From Alistipes sp. (GTDB lineage Bacteria > Bacteroidota > Bacteroidia > Bacteroidales > Rikenellaceae), in assembly GCA_017631035.1 (NCBI GenBank), contig JAGBUB010000031.1:39360-103359 (forward strand): DNA of 64,000 nt, in the 5' to 3' direction. The notes under the pieces are model-generated. The model was given only the letters and a program-made list of their open reading frames with translations. It did no database searches and was not told the origin of the DNA. The stretch's first letter is position 1. Every line of letters starts with the position of its first letter. Below are positions 19,617-29,700 of this stretch, one piece after another. The translations under genes and the position numbers were made by a program.

Positions 19617-20203
19617 TGAGATACCTGGTTATTACCCCTACCGAGCGTGAGTACCGCAATATGTGTGTGGCTATCGACCGTCAGGGTCTGAAGCATCAAT
19701 ATACGGTGGCTCGCACAGGTGTAGGCAAGGCGTTGGCTGCCGCAGGTGCGGCACTTACAATTGCCCAAGGACGTGGTGTTTATGACCGCGTGGCCGTAGT
19801 AGGCTATGCTGCATCAACGCTGGGTCGTCAGCGTGGCGATATCGTGGCACCCCGCGTGGCACGATACTACGATTGCCGTATCCCTGGTGATTTCGTGCCT
19901 GAACTCACCGACCCTCATCCCCTGCTTGGTCACGACGACGCAGTGGTGTGGACGGGCGACTCGTTTGTCGATGGCGATATCATCCGCTCGGTCAAGGAGC
20001 AGTATGGACTGAAGTCTGGTTTGTTCGATATGGAGGCTACGGCTATATGTCAGGCAGCCGAGTTATTCGACCTGCCCGTAGTAGTTATTAAGATGGTCTC
20101 GGACGTTCCCGAGGAGGGCGACGATGAGTTTTCTTACGACGCCTTTGTTGATGCTCATACCGATTTCTCGGCCTTTGTAGATTATTTGGAAGAGTTGCGA
20201 TAA
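19616..20203 (+). CDS. mtnN: MTA/SAH nucleosidase-like protein (PNP_UDP_1 family)
   Basis: GVGKALAA, TGDSFV, FDMEATAI.Q and VSD motifs; ATG overlaps the luxS stop (TAATG). Confidence 0.75.
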   Translation: MRYLVITPTEREYRNMCVAIDRQGLKHQYTVARTGVGKALAAAGAALTIAQGRGVYDRVAVVGYAASTLGRQRGDIVAPRVARYYDCRIPGDFVPELTDPHPLLGHDDAVVWTGDSFVDGDIIRSVKEQYGLKSGLFDMEATAICQAAELFDLPVVVIKMVSDVPEEGDDEFSYDAFVDAHTDFSAFVDYLEELR

Positions 20204-20205
20204 TT

Positions 20206-20988
20206 ATGTATAGTTCAATAGCATACGGACTGCTTTTGCCTTTCGTGGGCACTACGCTTGGTGCCGCTATGGTCTTTCTGTTGCGAGACCAGCTATCGGC
20301 GTGGGTGCAGAAACTGCTGTTAGGCTTCGCTTCGGGTGTGATGATTGCCGCCTCGGTGTGGTCGTTGCTCATACCCGCAATCGATATGGCGGCCGAAAGT
20401 GGTGGTGTGGCGTGGTTGCCTGCCGTAGTGGGCTTTCTGGGAGGTATGTTCTCGTTGCTGTTGTTCGATACTTTAGTGCCTCACCTGCACATCAATTCGT
20501 CAGAGCCCGAGGGTGTTAAGTCTGGCTTGGGTCGCTCGGCGATGTTGTTTATGGCCGTTACGCTTCACAATATACCCGAGGGTATGGCCGTGGGTGTGGT
20601 GTTGGCAGGAGCTATGACTGAGAGTGCCGGCATTACTATGGCTGGTGCGCTTGCCCTTTCGCTCGGTATTGCTATACAGAATTTCCCCGAGGGGGCAATC
20701 GTCTCGATGCCCATCAAGCAGAGTGTAAATAGTCGCTGGAAGGCCTTCGGCTATGGCGTGGGCTCGGGCATAGTAGAACCATTGGCTGGTTTGGCAACCA
20801 TTCTTATGATAGATTGGTTGCAACCCATATTGCCCTACCTGTTGGCCTTTGCCGCAGGTGCAATGATATATGTGGTGGTTGAGGAGTTGATTCCCGAATC
20901 ACAAAGCGGAAGTCACTCCAATGTGGCTACCATAGGAGTGGCGTTGGGCTTTGCACTTATGATGGTGCTCGATGTGGCGTTGGGTTAG
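20206..20988 (+). CDS. ZIP family metal transporter (ZupT/GufA-like)
   Basis: GFASGVMIAAS, LHNIPEGMAVG, IQNFPEG, AAGAMIYVVVEELIPE. Confidence 0.93.
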   Translation: MYSSIAYGLLLPFVGTTLGAAMVFLLRDQLSAWVQKLLLGFASGVMIAASVWSLLIPAIDMAAESGGVAWLPAVVGFLGGMFSLLLFDTLVPHLHINSSEPEGVKSGLGRSAMLFMAVTLHNIPEGMAVGVVLAGAMTESAGITMAGALALSLGIAIQNFPEGAIVSMPIKQSVNSRWKAFGYGVGSGIVEPLAGLATILMIDWLQPILPYLLAFAAGAMIYVVVEELIPESQSGSHSNVATIGVALGFALMMVLDVALG

Positions 20989-21479
20989 GCCTCGTTGGCA
21001 AGCAGATGTCGTTTAATCTCTGTGCCGGAGTGGTAATTGCCTACACCTCCGCTAGAGGGAACAACTCGATGACAAGGTACAATCACACTCACAGGATTGC
21101 ATCCCACACTGGTTGCTACGGCACGCACAGCCTTTGAGGCTATGAGCGAGGCAAGGGCCGAGTATGTGAGCGTAGTGCCACGCTCGGTCTGAAGAAGGGC
21201 TCGCCACACGTTGTGTCGAAATTGTGTGCCCGCAAGGAGCAGACGCTTGGGGCGTGTAGTAGTAATATCTTCCTCGCGATTGGTCAAATTAAGTGTGGCC
21301 TTGGGGAACAGGCGTTTTAGCTCGTTGAGTGCCACCTCGCGCGTAAGGTAATGCGTAAAGGTAGCGTAACAGAGCCAGCCCTTGGTCCACGCAGTAAGCA
21401 TCTCGCCATAGGTGGTTTGCGAGAATGAGTACTCAATCTCACGTACAGAGCCTCTGTCTGTAGTAAAAATCACAACCAT
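20985..21479 (-). CDS. ogt: Methylated-DNA--protein-cysteine methyltransferase
   Basis: AVRAV...NP..V.VPCHRVV active-site motif. Confidence 0.9.
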   Translation of the reverse strand: MVVIFTTDRGSVREIEYSFSQTTYGEMLTAWTKGWLCYATFTHYLTREVALNELKRLFPKATLNLTNREEDITTTRPKRLLLAGTQFRHNVWRALLQTERGTTLTYSALASLIASKAVRAVATSVGCNPVSVIVPCHRVVPSSGGVGNYHSGTEIKRHLLANEA

Positions 21480-21985
21480 TATCTCTCTCTATTTTGTATT
21501 TGTCGTACGGCGGCAATCAACTCGTCGGCTTCGCGACACGAGACGTATATGCGGGAGTCGTATATGTCGGTGATCTCGACAAAGTTATCCCACTCCGAAG
21601 CATAGATGGTCACCACCTCAAACTCCCTTAGGTCGAAGAATTTACCATAGTAACCGCAGAATCCCGAACTGCCAAACAAAATCACCGCCCAGCGCAGGCG
21701 TTGGTTGCTGACCTTGCGTATGCGGGCTATTTCGAGCATATCCATCTCGGTGATGTCAAACACACATTGTATCTCCAACTTGTTCTCAAGCAATACAATG
21801 CGTCGTGGAATGGATAGTATCATCAGAGCCGCCACAGCCATAACAAACGATACGAACCACGCCGAGAAGAATCCTCCCTTGTAGAGTATATACAACAACG
21901 CAGCTCCTACCGCACAGAGCAGGAGTGAAAGGATTGTAATCGTTATGGTGCGACGATTGAAATGGTAGTTGAAACTACGCTTCAT
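21479..21985 (-). CDS. Membrane protein with bacterial PH domain
   Basis: Two TM helices, then LFGSSGFCGYYGKF typical of bacterial PH domains. Confidence 0.7.
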   Translation of the reverse strand: MKRSFNYHFNRRTITITILSLLLCAVGAALLYILYKGGFFSAWFVSFVMAVAALMILSIPRRIVLLENKLEIQCVFDITEMDMLEIARIRKVSNQRLRWAVILFGSSGFCGYYGKFFDLREFEVVTIYASEWDNFVEITDIYDSRIYVSCREADELIAAVRQIQNRER

Positions 21986-22655
21986 ATTCGGCTCTAATTA
22001 TCGCCTCGGCAATTATCATATCGGCAGGCGTTGTTATCTTTATGTTTTCGCGCTCTCCCTCAATAAGAGTAATCTTATGCCCTGCGCTCTCCACCACCGA
22101 AGCATCGTCGGTGTATGTTGCGGAGAAGGGTTGCTCGTAGGCTCGGCGCAATATGTCGGCATTGAATACCTGCGGTGTCTGCACGATGCGCAGCGTCGAG
22201 CGGTCGATGATGTGCGAGTCGTTGCCCTCCACCACACGATATGAGTCGGCAGGTGCAACTGTGGGGATGACGGCCGAGTGAGTCTCGGCTTCGAGCATTA
22301 ACTTTATTATCAGTTTTTTCGACACTAAAGGTCGTACGGCATCGTGTATGGCTATATACTGCACCTCGTCGCTCAGGGCGGCTATTCCGTTACGTACGGA
22401 GTGGAATCGCTCCTCTCCGCCGAGTGCAATCTTGTGGGGTGCCACATCAAATCGGGCGGCAATGTTTTTCCAAAGGGCGACGTGCTCCTCGGGCAGCACT
22501 ACTACAATCTCAGCTGCCGGCAGAGCCTCGTGCACACGGTTTATCGAGCGAGCCAATATGGGCTCGTTGCCAAGCATCATAAACTGCTTGGGTAGCGATG
22601 CTCCCATTCTGCGACCAGCGCCACCAGCTACGATTATTACTCCTCTCTGCGCCAT
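21975..22655 (-). CDS. ispD: 2-C-methyl-D-erythritol 4-phosphate cytidylyltransferase
   Basis: VAGG.G.RM...PKQF, IHDAVRP, VQTPQVF, TDDASVVE, NIKITTP. Confidence 0.95.
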   Translation of the reverse strand: MAQRGVIIVAGGAGRRMGASLPKQFMMLGNEPILARSINRVHEALPAAEIVVVLPEEHVALWKNIAARFDVAPHKIALGGEERFHSVRNGIAALSDEVQYIAIHDAVRPLVSKKLIIKLMLEAETHSAVIPTVAPADSYRVVEGNDSHIIDRSTLRIVQTPQVFNADILRRAYEQPFSATYTDDASVVESAGHKITLIEGERENIKITTPADMIIAEAIIRAEYEA

Positions 22656-23056
22656 ATCAGTTTCTTGCCAAAGCCAAGTGTGTTATCGGTTAATTTCAGC
22701 ATATCGGCCTCCAGTCGCCATAGCGACAAGTCGGCTACTGCGGCATAGGGAAAGGCCTTTATGTAGGTCATCTTATCGCCATCCTTGGCGGGGAGTACCT
22801 TGCCCGTAATCTGCAAACCTTGTACCTTGCCCACGGTGCGTGTCTCAAGAACTACAGAGGCTGCTACGCGTGGATTTACCTGCATCATAGCTCCGTGGTG
22901 GGTTGATAGGTCAGTGGTAAAGATAAACGCAGCTGAAGCCTTGTCGTAGGCGAAAAAACAGTTGCAACAATAGGGCTCGCCCTCGGGTGTCGACGTGGCG
23001 AGTGTGAGTACGTGATGCTTGGCGATAAAACGCTCTATCTTCTTGTCAATCTCCAT
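22637..23056 (-). CDS. Pyridoxamine 5'-phosphate oxidase-like / YhbP family protein
   Basis: HHVLTLAT, PYCCNCFF, VGKVQGLQITG, KLTDNTLGFGKKL.W. Confidence 0.82.
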   Translation of the reverse strand: MEIDKKIERFIAKHHVLTLATSTPEGEPYCCNCFFAYDKASAAFIFTTDLSTHHGAMMQVNPRVAASVVLETRTVGKVQGLQITGKVLPAKDGDKMTYIKAFPYAAVADLSLWRLEADMLKLTDNTLGFGKKLIWRREE

Positions 23057-23062
23057 TTTATG

Positions 23063-24355
23063 CTATTTTGCAGTGGCCACCTCGGTGCTATCGGCCTTGG
23101 TCTCGGGCTCAAGCGAGGTGACAATCATATCGGGTGTTGCCGTGCCGTTAAGCTCGGCCACTATGCGGTCGCGGATTGCCTCAAATGCCGCACGGTTCTG
23201 CTCGGCAATAGGCTCGGCAGGCTCCTGAGGAACCTTTAGCGGGTCGATGTTCACGCCATTCTTCCATATGCGATAGTCGAGGTGGGGACCCGTTGAGGTG
23301 CCTGTGCTACCCACATAGCCAATCAAATCTCCCTGTCTTACGCGACTGCCTTTGTTGATGCCTTTTGCATAACCCTTTAGGTGCAGATAGCCTGTCTCCA
23401 GATTGCCGGCGTGCTTGATGCGGAGTGTGTTACCACCGCCACCGCTCCAGCCCTTGAACGATACCACACCATCGGCCACAGCATAGACTGGTGTGCCCGA
23501 GGGTGCTGCATAATCTACGCCGAGGTGAGGTCGGTATACTCTATGCACGGGGTGTAGACGTGAACGAGAGAAACGCGAACTGATGCGGGTGAACTTAAGC
23601 GGTGCCTTGAGTAACTGCTTGCGAAGCGAAGCGCCATCGTACTCCCAGTACTGCACCTTGTCGCCCTGCTGGAAGGGAATTGCATAGACCTCCTTGCCTG
23701 CGTGGTTGAACTTAGCACCCCACACCCTGCCGATGCCGACGTGTGTAGTGTCGATAAGTTTCTCGTCGTATATCACGGTGAAGTTATCACCCTCCTGAAT
23801 GCCGAAAAAGTCAACTGTCCATTGGTATATATCCTCAAGCTCAGCAGCCAAAGCATAGGGCAGGCTGTCGCGCATAATAGCGCCCCAGAGCGATGATTCA
23901 ATTACCGACGAGCGCATCTGGCGACGAATGGTCACATCCTTTTGTCCTGTGGTGATGCTTATCGAGTCGCCCTGAAAACCGAATACTACGTACTCGATAA
24001 GATCCTTCTCGTAAACAAAATAATCCAGACGACCCGCAGCCGTAGAGTCTTGCGCCAGAAATACCGTATAGGGGCGGTCGGCACGAATCTGTCGCAAGGG
24101 GAAGATATCCTTCGATGCCTTGTCCAAACGATCAACCGTGGCGGCTGTTACGCCATAGCGACCCAGCAACTTGCCCAACGTCTCGCCTTGGGCAATGGTT
24201 CCCGATTCGGTATGATAATTGTCGGCTATAATTCCGTATAGGATAGTATGTTGAGGCTCCTCGACTATGGCTTCGTCGCTGACAAGTCGCTCGTTGCGGC
24301 AGGCCGACGTAGCAAATAAAAGAAGCGTAAGTACTGAATATATAAACTGTTTCAT
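23063..24355 (-). CDS. M23 family peptidoglycan DD-endopeptidase (MepM-like), probable lipoprotein
   Basis: TSAC lipobox; HLGVDYAA, YLHL and STGPHLDY. Confidence 0.92.
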   Translation of the reverse strand: MKQFIYSVLTLLLFATSACRNERLVSDEAIVEEPQHTILYGIIADNYHTESGTIAQGETLGKLLGRYGVTAATVDRLDKASKDIFPLRQIRADRPYTVFLAQDSTAAGRLDYFVYEKDLIEYVVFGFQGDSISITTGQKDVTIRRQMRSSVIESSLWGAIMRDSLPYALAAELEDIYQWTVDFFGIQEGDNFTVIYDEKLIDTTHVGIGRVWGAKFNHAGKEVYAIPFQQGDKVQYWEYDGASLRKQLLKAPLKFTRISSRFSRSRLHPVHRVYRPHLGVDYAAPSGTPVYAVADGVVSFKGWSGGGGNTLRIKHAGNLETGYLHLKGYAKGINKGSRVRQGDLIGYVGSTGTSTGPHLDYRIWKNGVNIDPLKVPQEPAEPIAEQNRAAFEAIRDRIVAELNGTATPDMIVTSLEPETKADSTEVATAK

Positions 24356-24362
24356 AATACCA

Positions 24363-24473
24363 CAAATTTAATAAAAATATTGCAAATGTCCTCTGTTTGT
24401 GGACTAAAAGCGATAGATTTTTGCTTAAAAACGGAAATTGGGTTGGAATGTTGCGAATAAATGGTTATCTTTG
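24363..24473. promoter_or_regulatory. Divergent -7 boxes for the M23 operon and lpxK
   Basis: TAAATTTG on minus (24370-24363) and TATCTTTG on plus (24466-24473). Confidence 0.55.
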
Positions 24474-24543
24474 ACAAAATTACGGATTTTTGTGAGCATT
24501 TTTGCCACTTTGCTTTGTAATATTAACCAAACTGCAATCTTGT

Positions 24544-25590
24544 ATGGCTATCCTTAGGAAGTTATTATCTTATCTGTATCGAATGGCAATCACGATTCGC
24601 CATTTGATGTTTGATTGCCGTTTGTTAAAGAGCCAGAAATTCCCTATTCCCATCATCTGTGTAGGTAACATTACCGTTGGCGGTACAGGTAAAACGCCTA
24701 CTGCTGAGATGATTGTCGGATATATGCAACAGCACTATAAGGTGGCACTTCTATCCAGAGGCTATGGCCGTCGTACGAAGGGTTATCTCGAGGTTAGCAG
24801 CAATTCGTCGTACCGCGATGTGGGCGATGAGCCGTTGCAGATCAAGCTGAAGTTCCCCCAAACGCTGGTTGTTGTGTGCGAGAAACGTGTTGTGGCCATC
24901 GAACGCATTATGCGCGAGCATCCCGAGATTAACCTCATTGTGATGGATGATGGTTTCCAGCATCGTTATGTTGACCCGAAAATCAATGTTGTCATTGTCG
25001 ACTCTACCCGTCCCTTCTACGAGGATGACTTCCTGCCAGCCGGTACATTGCGCGACAAGGTGTCGTCATTGGATAGAGCGCACTATTTCATCGTAACCAA
25101 GTGTCCTGTCGATATGCAGCCTCTGGCCCAGCGTATGTGGCGCAAGGAGTTGCATAAGATAGCTTATCAGCAGGTATATTTCACCCGTGTGGTTCCGACC
25201 GAGGCTGTGGCCTTGTTCCCTACTCATAATACACTTGTGCCTGGTGGACAGGTTGTTGTGATGTCGGGTATTGGTAATCCGAAAGCTTTTGTGTCGGATG
25301 TGCGTAAGCGCTACGATGTCAAGGCGAAGCTCAACTTCCCCGACCATCACGTCTACTCGGTGCCCGATATCGAGCGCATCGTAGCTCTTTTGGAGAAGTA
25401 TCCGCAGGCTATGTTGCTTACCACCGAAAAGGATGCCGTTAAGTTGCGTCGCAGTCGTCGAGTGCCCGATATTATGCGCGAGCGATTGTTCTATCAGCCA
25501 CTAAAGGTGGAGTTCCTGGAGGGCTCTGATGATGATTTCCTTGGCACGCTGAAAAAGGATTTGGAGGGCAAGGTGCATCTGGAGGCATAG
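24544..25590 (+). CDS. lpxK: Tetraacyldisaccharide 4'-kinase
   Basis: VGNITVGGTGKTP, LSRGYG, GDEP, DDGFQH, FPDHH, TTEKDAVK. Confidence 0.96.
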   Translation: MAILRKLLSYLYRMAITIRHLMFDCRLLKSQKFPIPIICVGNITVGGTGKTPTAEMIVGYMQQHYKVALLSRGYGRRTKGYLEVSSNSSYRDVGDEPLQIKLKFPQTLVVVCEKRVVAIERIMREHPEINLIVMDDGFQHRYVDPKINVVIVDSTRPFYEDDFLPAGTLRDKVSSLDRAHYFIVTKCPVDMQPLAQRMWRKELHKIAYQQVYFTRVVPTEAVALFPTHNTLVPGGQVVVMSGIGNPKAFVSDVRKRYDVKAKLNFPDHHVYSVPDIERIVALLEKYPQAMLLTTEKDAVKLRRSRRVPDIMRERLFYQPLKVEFLEGSDDDFLGTLKKDLEGKVHLEA

Positions 25591-25635
25591 ACTTGTCAGG
25601 CTGAGGATAATGATTTGATAAATACTGAAATAGAT

Positions 25636-26127
25636 ATGGTAAATAAAGTTACTTTGATAGGAAATGTGGGCGTTGATCCCGAGGTGCGTACCACTGAGTC
25701 GGGAGTGAAGGTTGCCCGCGTGCGTTTGGCTACTACGGAGCGCATCTACAATCGTCAGACCAACGAGTCTACGGAGCATACCGAGTGGCATACGATTACA
25801 CTGTGGCGTAATCTGGCCGATGTGGTCGACCGTTTTGTGCGCAAGGGTAGTCAGATATATATCGAGGGTCGTCTGCGTACCCGCGAGTGGACCGATAAGG
25901 ATAATATCAAGCGTTATACAACTGAGATTATGGCCGATGATATGAAACTCCTCGGTCGTCGTCAGGATAACCAGCAAAGTGGACAGGCTCCAGCGCAGGG
26001 TGGTGGATACTCTCAGCCGCAGGGTGGTTATGCGCAGCCTCAGCAGTATGCGCAGCCCGCTGCTCAGCCTATGCCTTCGCAGTCAATTCCTGCACCACAG
26101 GATGATCCCGATGATTTGCCCTTTTAA
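25636..26127 (+). CDS. ssb: Single-stranded DNA-binding protein
   Basis: MVNKVTLIGNVG.DPE, TEWH and KGSQIYIEG; Q/P/G-rich linker; DDLPF tail. Confidence 0.97.
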   Translation: MVNKVTLIGNVGVDPEVRTTESGVKVARVRLATTERIYNRQTNESTEHTEWHTITLWRNLADVVDRFVRKGSQIYIEGRLRTREWTDKDNIKRYTTEIMADDMKLLGRRQDNQQSGQAPAQGGGYSQPQGGYAQPQQYAQPAAQPMPSQSIPAPQDDPDDLPF

Positions 26128-26147
26128 TGGCTTGTAATTAATACAAT

Positions 26148-26183
26148 AAAAAATCTGTCCGAAATTTCGGGCAGATTTTTTTT
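26148..26183 (+). terminator. Intrinsic terminator after ssb (could also act on the minus strand)
   Basis: AAAAAATCTGTCCGA-AATT-TCGGGCAGATTTTTTTT. Confidence 0.88.
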
Positions 26184-26208
26184 GATTGTATGGCTGATTG
26201 CTAAATCT

Positions 26209-26270
26209 AATTACACATTAGTAGCCAACCTCCTCTCTGGGCTTAGTGTCGGTTACTATTATGCGTAATT
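26209..26270. other. Orphan long imperfect hairpin of unknown function
   Basis: About 21 paired positions: minus strand AATTACGCAT-AA-TAGTAACCGAC, 18-nt loop, GTTGGCTACTA-ATGTGTAATT. Confidence 0.6.
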
Positions 26271-26272
26271 GC

Positions 26273-26305
26273 AAAAAAAAGGTTGCCTTCGTGGCAACCT
26301 TTTTT
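26273..26305 (-). terminator. Intrinsic terminator after the dCMP deaminase gene (bidirectional geometry)
   Basis: AAAAAAAAGGTTGCC-TTCGT-GGCAACCTTTTTT. Confidence 0.88.
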
Positions 26306-26307
26306 AT

Positions 26308-26742
26308 TTACTCTATTTCACATTTCACACATTCGATACCTACTCTTCGTAGAAGATTGAGTCCATCCTCCGAGCGGTAGTCGTCGCAATATACCACACG
26401 CTTGATACCTGCCTGAATAATCAGCTTGGAGCACTCGATACAGGGCGCAGCCGTTATATATAAGGTAGAACCATCGCAGTTGTTGGCGCTCTTGGCTACC
26501 TTAGTAATGGCGTTGGCCTCGGCGTGCAGAACGTAGGGCTTGGTCTTGCCGGTTACTTCATCCTCGCAGACGTTCTCAAAGCCCGACGGTGTGCCGTTGT
26601 AGCCGTCAGAGATAATCATCTTATCCTTCACGATGAGCGCACCAACCTGACGACGTACGCAGTATGAGTTCTCGGCCCACACGCGCGCCATACGCAGGTA
26701 GCGCATATCGAGTTGATGTTGTTTATCCTCTTCGTATCCCAT
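26308..26742 (-). CDS. dCMP deaminase family protein (ComEB-like)
   Basis: GYNGTPSG, LHAEANAI and PCIEC zinc motifs. Confidence 0.92.
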   Translation of the reverse strand: MGYEEDKQHQLDMRYLRMARVWAENSYCVRRQVGALIVKDKMIISDGYNGTPSGFENVCEDEVTGKTKPYVLHAEANAITKVAKSANNCDGSTLYITAAPCIECSKLIIQAGIKRVVYCDDYRSEDGLNLLRRVGIECVKCEIE

Positions 26743-26796
26743 AGTAGTAGGTTTTTGCGAAATGTTTACTTTGCCCCCTTTTGGGGTGTTAGTTCA

Positions 26797-29700
26797 CTAT
26801 TTACCGTGGCAGTGCTTGTACTTCTTGCCGCTACCGCAAGGGCAGGGATCGTTACGGCCTACCTTCTTCTCGACCTTGATGGGTGCGGGCTTCGACTTCT
26901 CGGCCTGACCTGCAGCCGCAGCAGCCGCCATACGCGATGCCTGCAATTTGTTTACATCAACCTTAGCCTTCTGCTGACGCTGCTGTTGCATTGCCTCGGG
27001 ATTGTTCTCACGCACGGGGATATACGCCTTGTCGAGCGTGCTCAATGCATCGCGGTTAACCTTCTGCAACATCTTCGAGAAGAGGTTGTATGACTCCAAC
27101 TTATAGATCAAGAGCGGATCTTTCTGCTCATACTGTGCATTCTGTACGCTGTGGCGCAACTCGTCCATCTCGCGCAGGTGCTCACGCCAAGCGTCGTCGA
27201 TGGTGGTGAAGAGTACAATCTTAGCGAATACCTTGTAGATATCCATACCGTCAGAAGCCTTGCAACGCTCCAACGATACGGGAACGTGGAATCCGAGGTG
27301 ACCATCGGTAATGGGGAAGTGCATTACGCGATCCATCATCAACTCATTCTCCTTGTAGATGGTCTCCATTGTATTGCGAACGGTGTCGGCAACAGCCTTC
27401 TGGCGACGAGCGAAGAGCTTGTGCAAGTCCTCTACAATCCAGCCTACAATCTCGCGGGGCTTAGCTGAGTTGTACTGCTCCTCGGTGAATGATGGCTGCA
27501 GTGCCACCTCGCGGATAAGCTCGAATGAGAATGACTCATAGTCCATACCCTCGTGTGACTCCATAAAGCTCTCGGCGAAGTCGCACATAATGTTGTTGAG
27601 GTCGATCTCGATCTGCTCACCATAGAGTGCGTGACGACGACGTGTGTAGATTACCTCACGCTGTGAGTTCATCACATCATCGTATTCCAACAAGCGCTTA
27701 CGGATACCGAAGTTGTTCTCCTCGACCTTCTTCTGTGCACGCTCGATGGCTTTGGTCATCATCGAGGCTTGGATAACCTCACCCTCCTGAAGACCCATCT
27801 TGTCCATCATCGAAGCGATACGCTCCGAACCGAACAGACGCATCAAGTCGTCCTCCAACGATACGAAGAACTGTGAAGAACCCGGATCACCCTGACGTCC
27901 TGAACGACCACGCAGCTGACGGTCTACACGACGGCTCTCGTGGCGCTCAGTACCGATGATAGCCAAACCGCCTGCAGCCTTAGCCTCGGGCGAGAGCTTG
28001 ATATCGGTACCACGACCTGCCATATTGGTTGCGATGGTTACCTGACCTACACGACCAGCCTCGGCAACGATCTGTGCCTCCAACTGGTGCTGCTTAGCGT
28101 TAAGGACATTATGCTTGATGCCGCGAAGCTTAAGCATACGGCTCAAAAGTTCAGAGATCTCGACTGATGTGGTACCAACCAACACGGGGCGATTCTCGTT
28201 AACCAAACGAACAATCTCCTCGATTACGGCGTTGTACTTCTCGCGCTTGGTCTTGTAAATCAAATCCTCGCGGTCGTCGCGCAAGATAGGACGGTTGGTG
28301 GGGATAACCACTACGTCGAGCTTGTAGATGTTCCAGAACTCCGATGCCTCGGTCTCGGCGGTACCTGTCATACCTGCCAACTTGTGGTACATACGGAAGT
28401 AGTTCTGCAATGTGATGGTAGCGAAGGTCTGCGTAGCAGCCTCAACCTTTACGCGCTCCTTGGCCTCGATAGCCTGATGCAGACCATCAGAGTAGCGGCG
28501 GCCATCAAGGATACGGCCTGTTTGCTCGTCAACGATCTTAACCTTGTTGTCCATCACCACATACTCAACATCCTTCTCGAACATAGAGTATGCCTTCAAG
28601 AGCTGGTTCACGGTGTGAACACGCTCCGACTTTATAGAGTAGTCGTTGATAACCTGATCCTTGCGCTGTGCCTTCTCCTCGATTGTGAGCTCCTCCTTCT
28701 CGAGTTCGGCAATCTCTGTACCGATATCGGGCAGAACGAAGAACTTATCCTCGTTGAAGTACTTCGACAACACCTCGTGACCCTTGTCGGTAAGCTCAAC
28801 CGAGTGAAGCTTCTCGTCGATTACGAAGTAGAGCTCGTCGGTAATCTCGGGCATACGACGGTTGTTGTCCTGCATAAAGATGTTCTCAATCTTCTGGAAC
28901 TGCACCTTGATACCGGGCTCCGAGAGGAACTTGATGATAGGCTTATATTTGGGCAGACCCTTGTGTGCACGATAGAGCAATACGCCACCCTCGTCAACCT
29001 TGCCCTCGGCAAAGAGACGACGTGACTCGGCTACAAGGCCTGTAACCATATTCTTCTGGATATTGTAGAGGTGCTCGATAGCGGGACGATAGTTCTCGAA
29101 CATCTGGTCGTCGCCCTTAGGTACGGGACCAGAGATGATGAGCGGAGTACGAGCATCGTCAATCAATACTGAGTCGACCTCATCGACAATTGCGTAGTGG
29201 TGCTTGCGCTGAACCAAATCCTTGGGCGAAGATGCCATATTGTCACGCAGGTAGTCGAAGCCGTACTCGTTGTTGGTTCCGAAGGTAATATCGGCAAGGT
29301 ATGCCTTGCGGCGAGCCTCCGAGTTGGGCTGGTGCTTGTCGATGCAATCTACCGACAGACCGTGGAACTCATACATAGGACCCATCCACTCAGAGTCACG
29401 ACGAGCCAGGTAGTCGTTCACAGTTACAACGTGCACACCCTTGCGAGCCAAAGCGTTGAGGAATACGGGGAGTGTAGCAACCAATGTCTTACCCTCACCG
29501 GTAGCCATCTCGGCAATCTTACCCTTGTGCAGAACGACACCACCAAAGAGCTGTACGTCGTAGTGAATCATCTCCCACTTAAGGTCGTTGCCACCCGCAG
29601 TCCAGTGTGTGGCGTAGATAGCCTTGTCGTCCTCGATGGTTACAAAATCCTTGTGCGCTGCCAGGTTACGGTCGAAGTCGGTAGCGGTAACCACTACTGT

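Noticed and set aside
24500-24510. 11-mer TTTTGCCACTT shared between the lpxK and secA (30156-30166) upstream regions
   Set aside because: Only two copies, in opposite orientation relative to their genes; compatible with chance.
25990-26075. Short tandem-like repeats in ssb (GGYSQPQ/GGYAQPQ/QYAQP)
   Set aside because: Ordinary low-complexity SSB linker, not a CRISPR array or VNTR.
26209-26270. Orphan hairpin as tRNA, SRP RNA or 6S RNA
   Set aside because: No cloverleaf, no SRP helix-8 motif, and too short for 6S. Kept as an unknown element.
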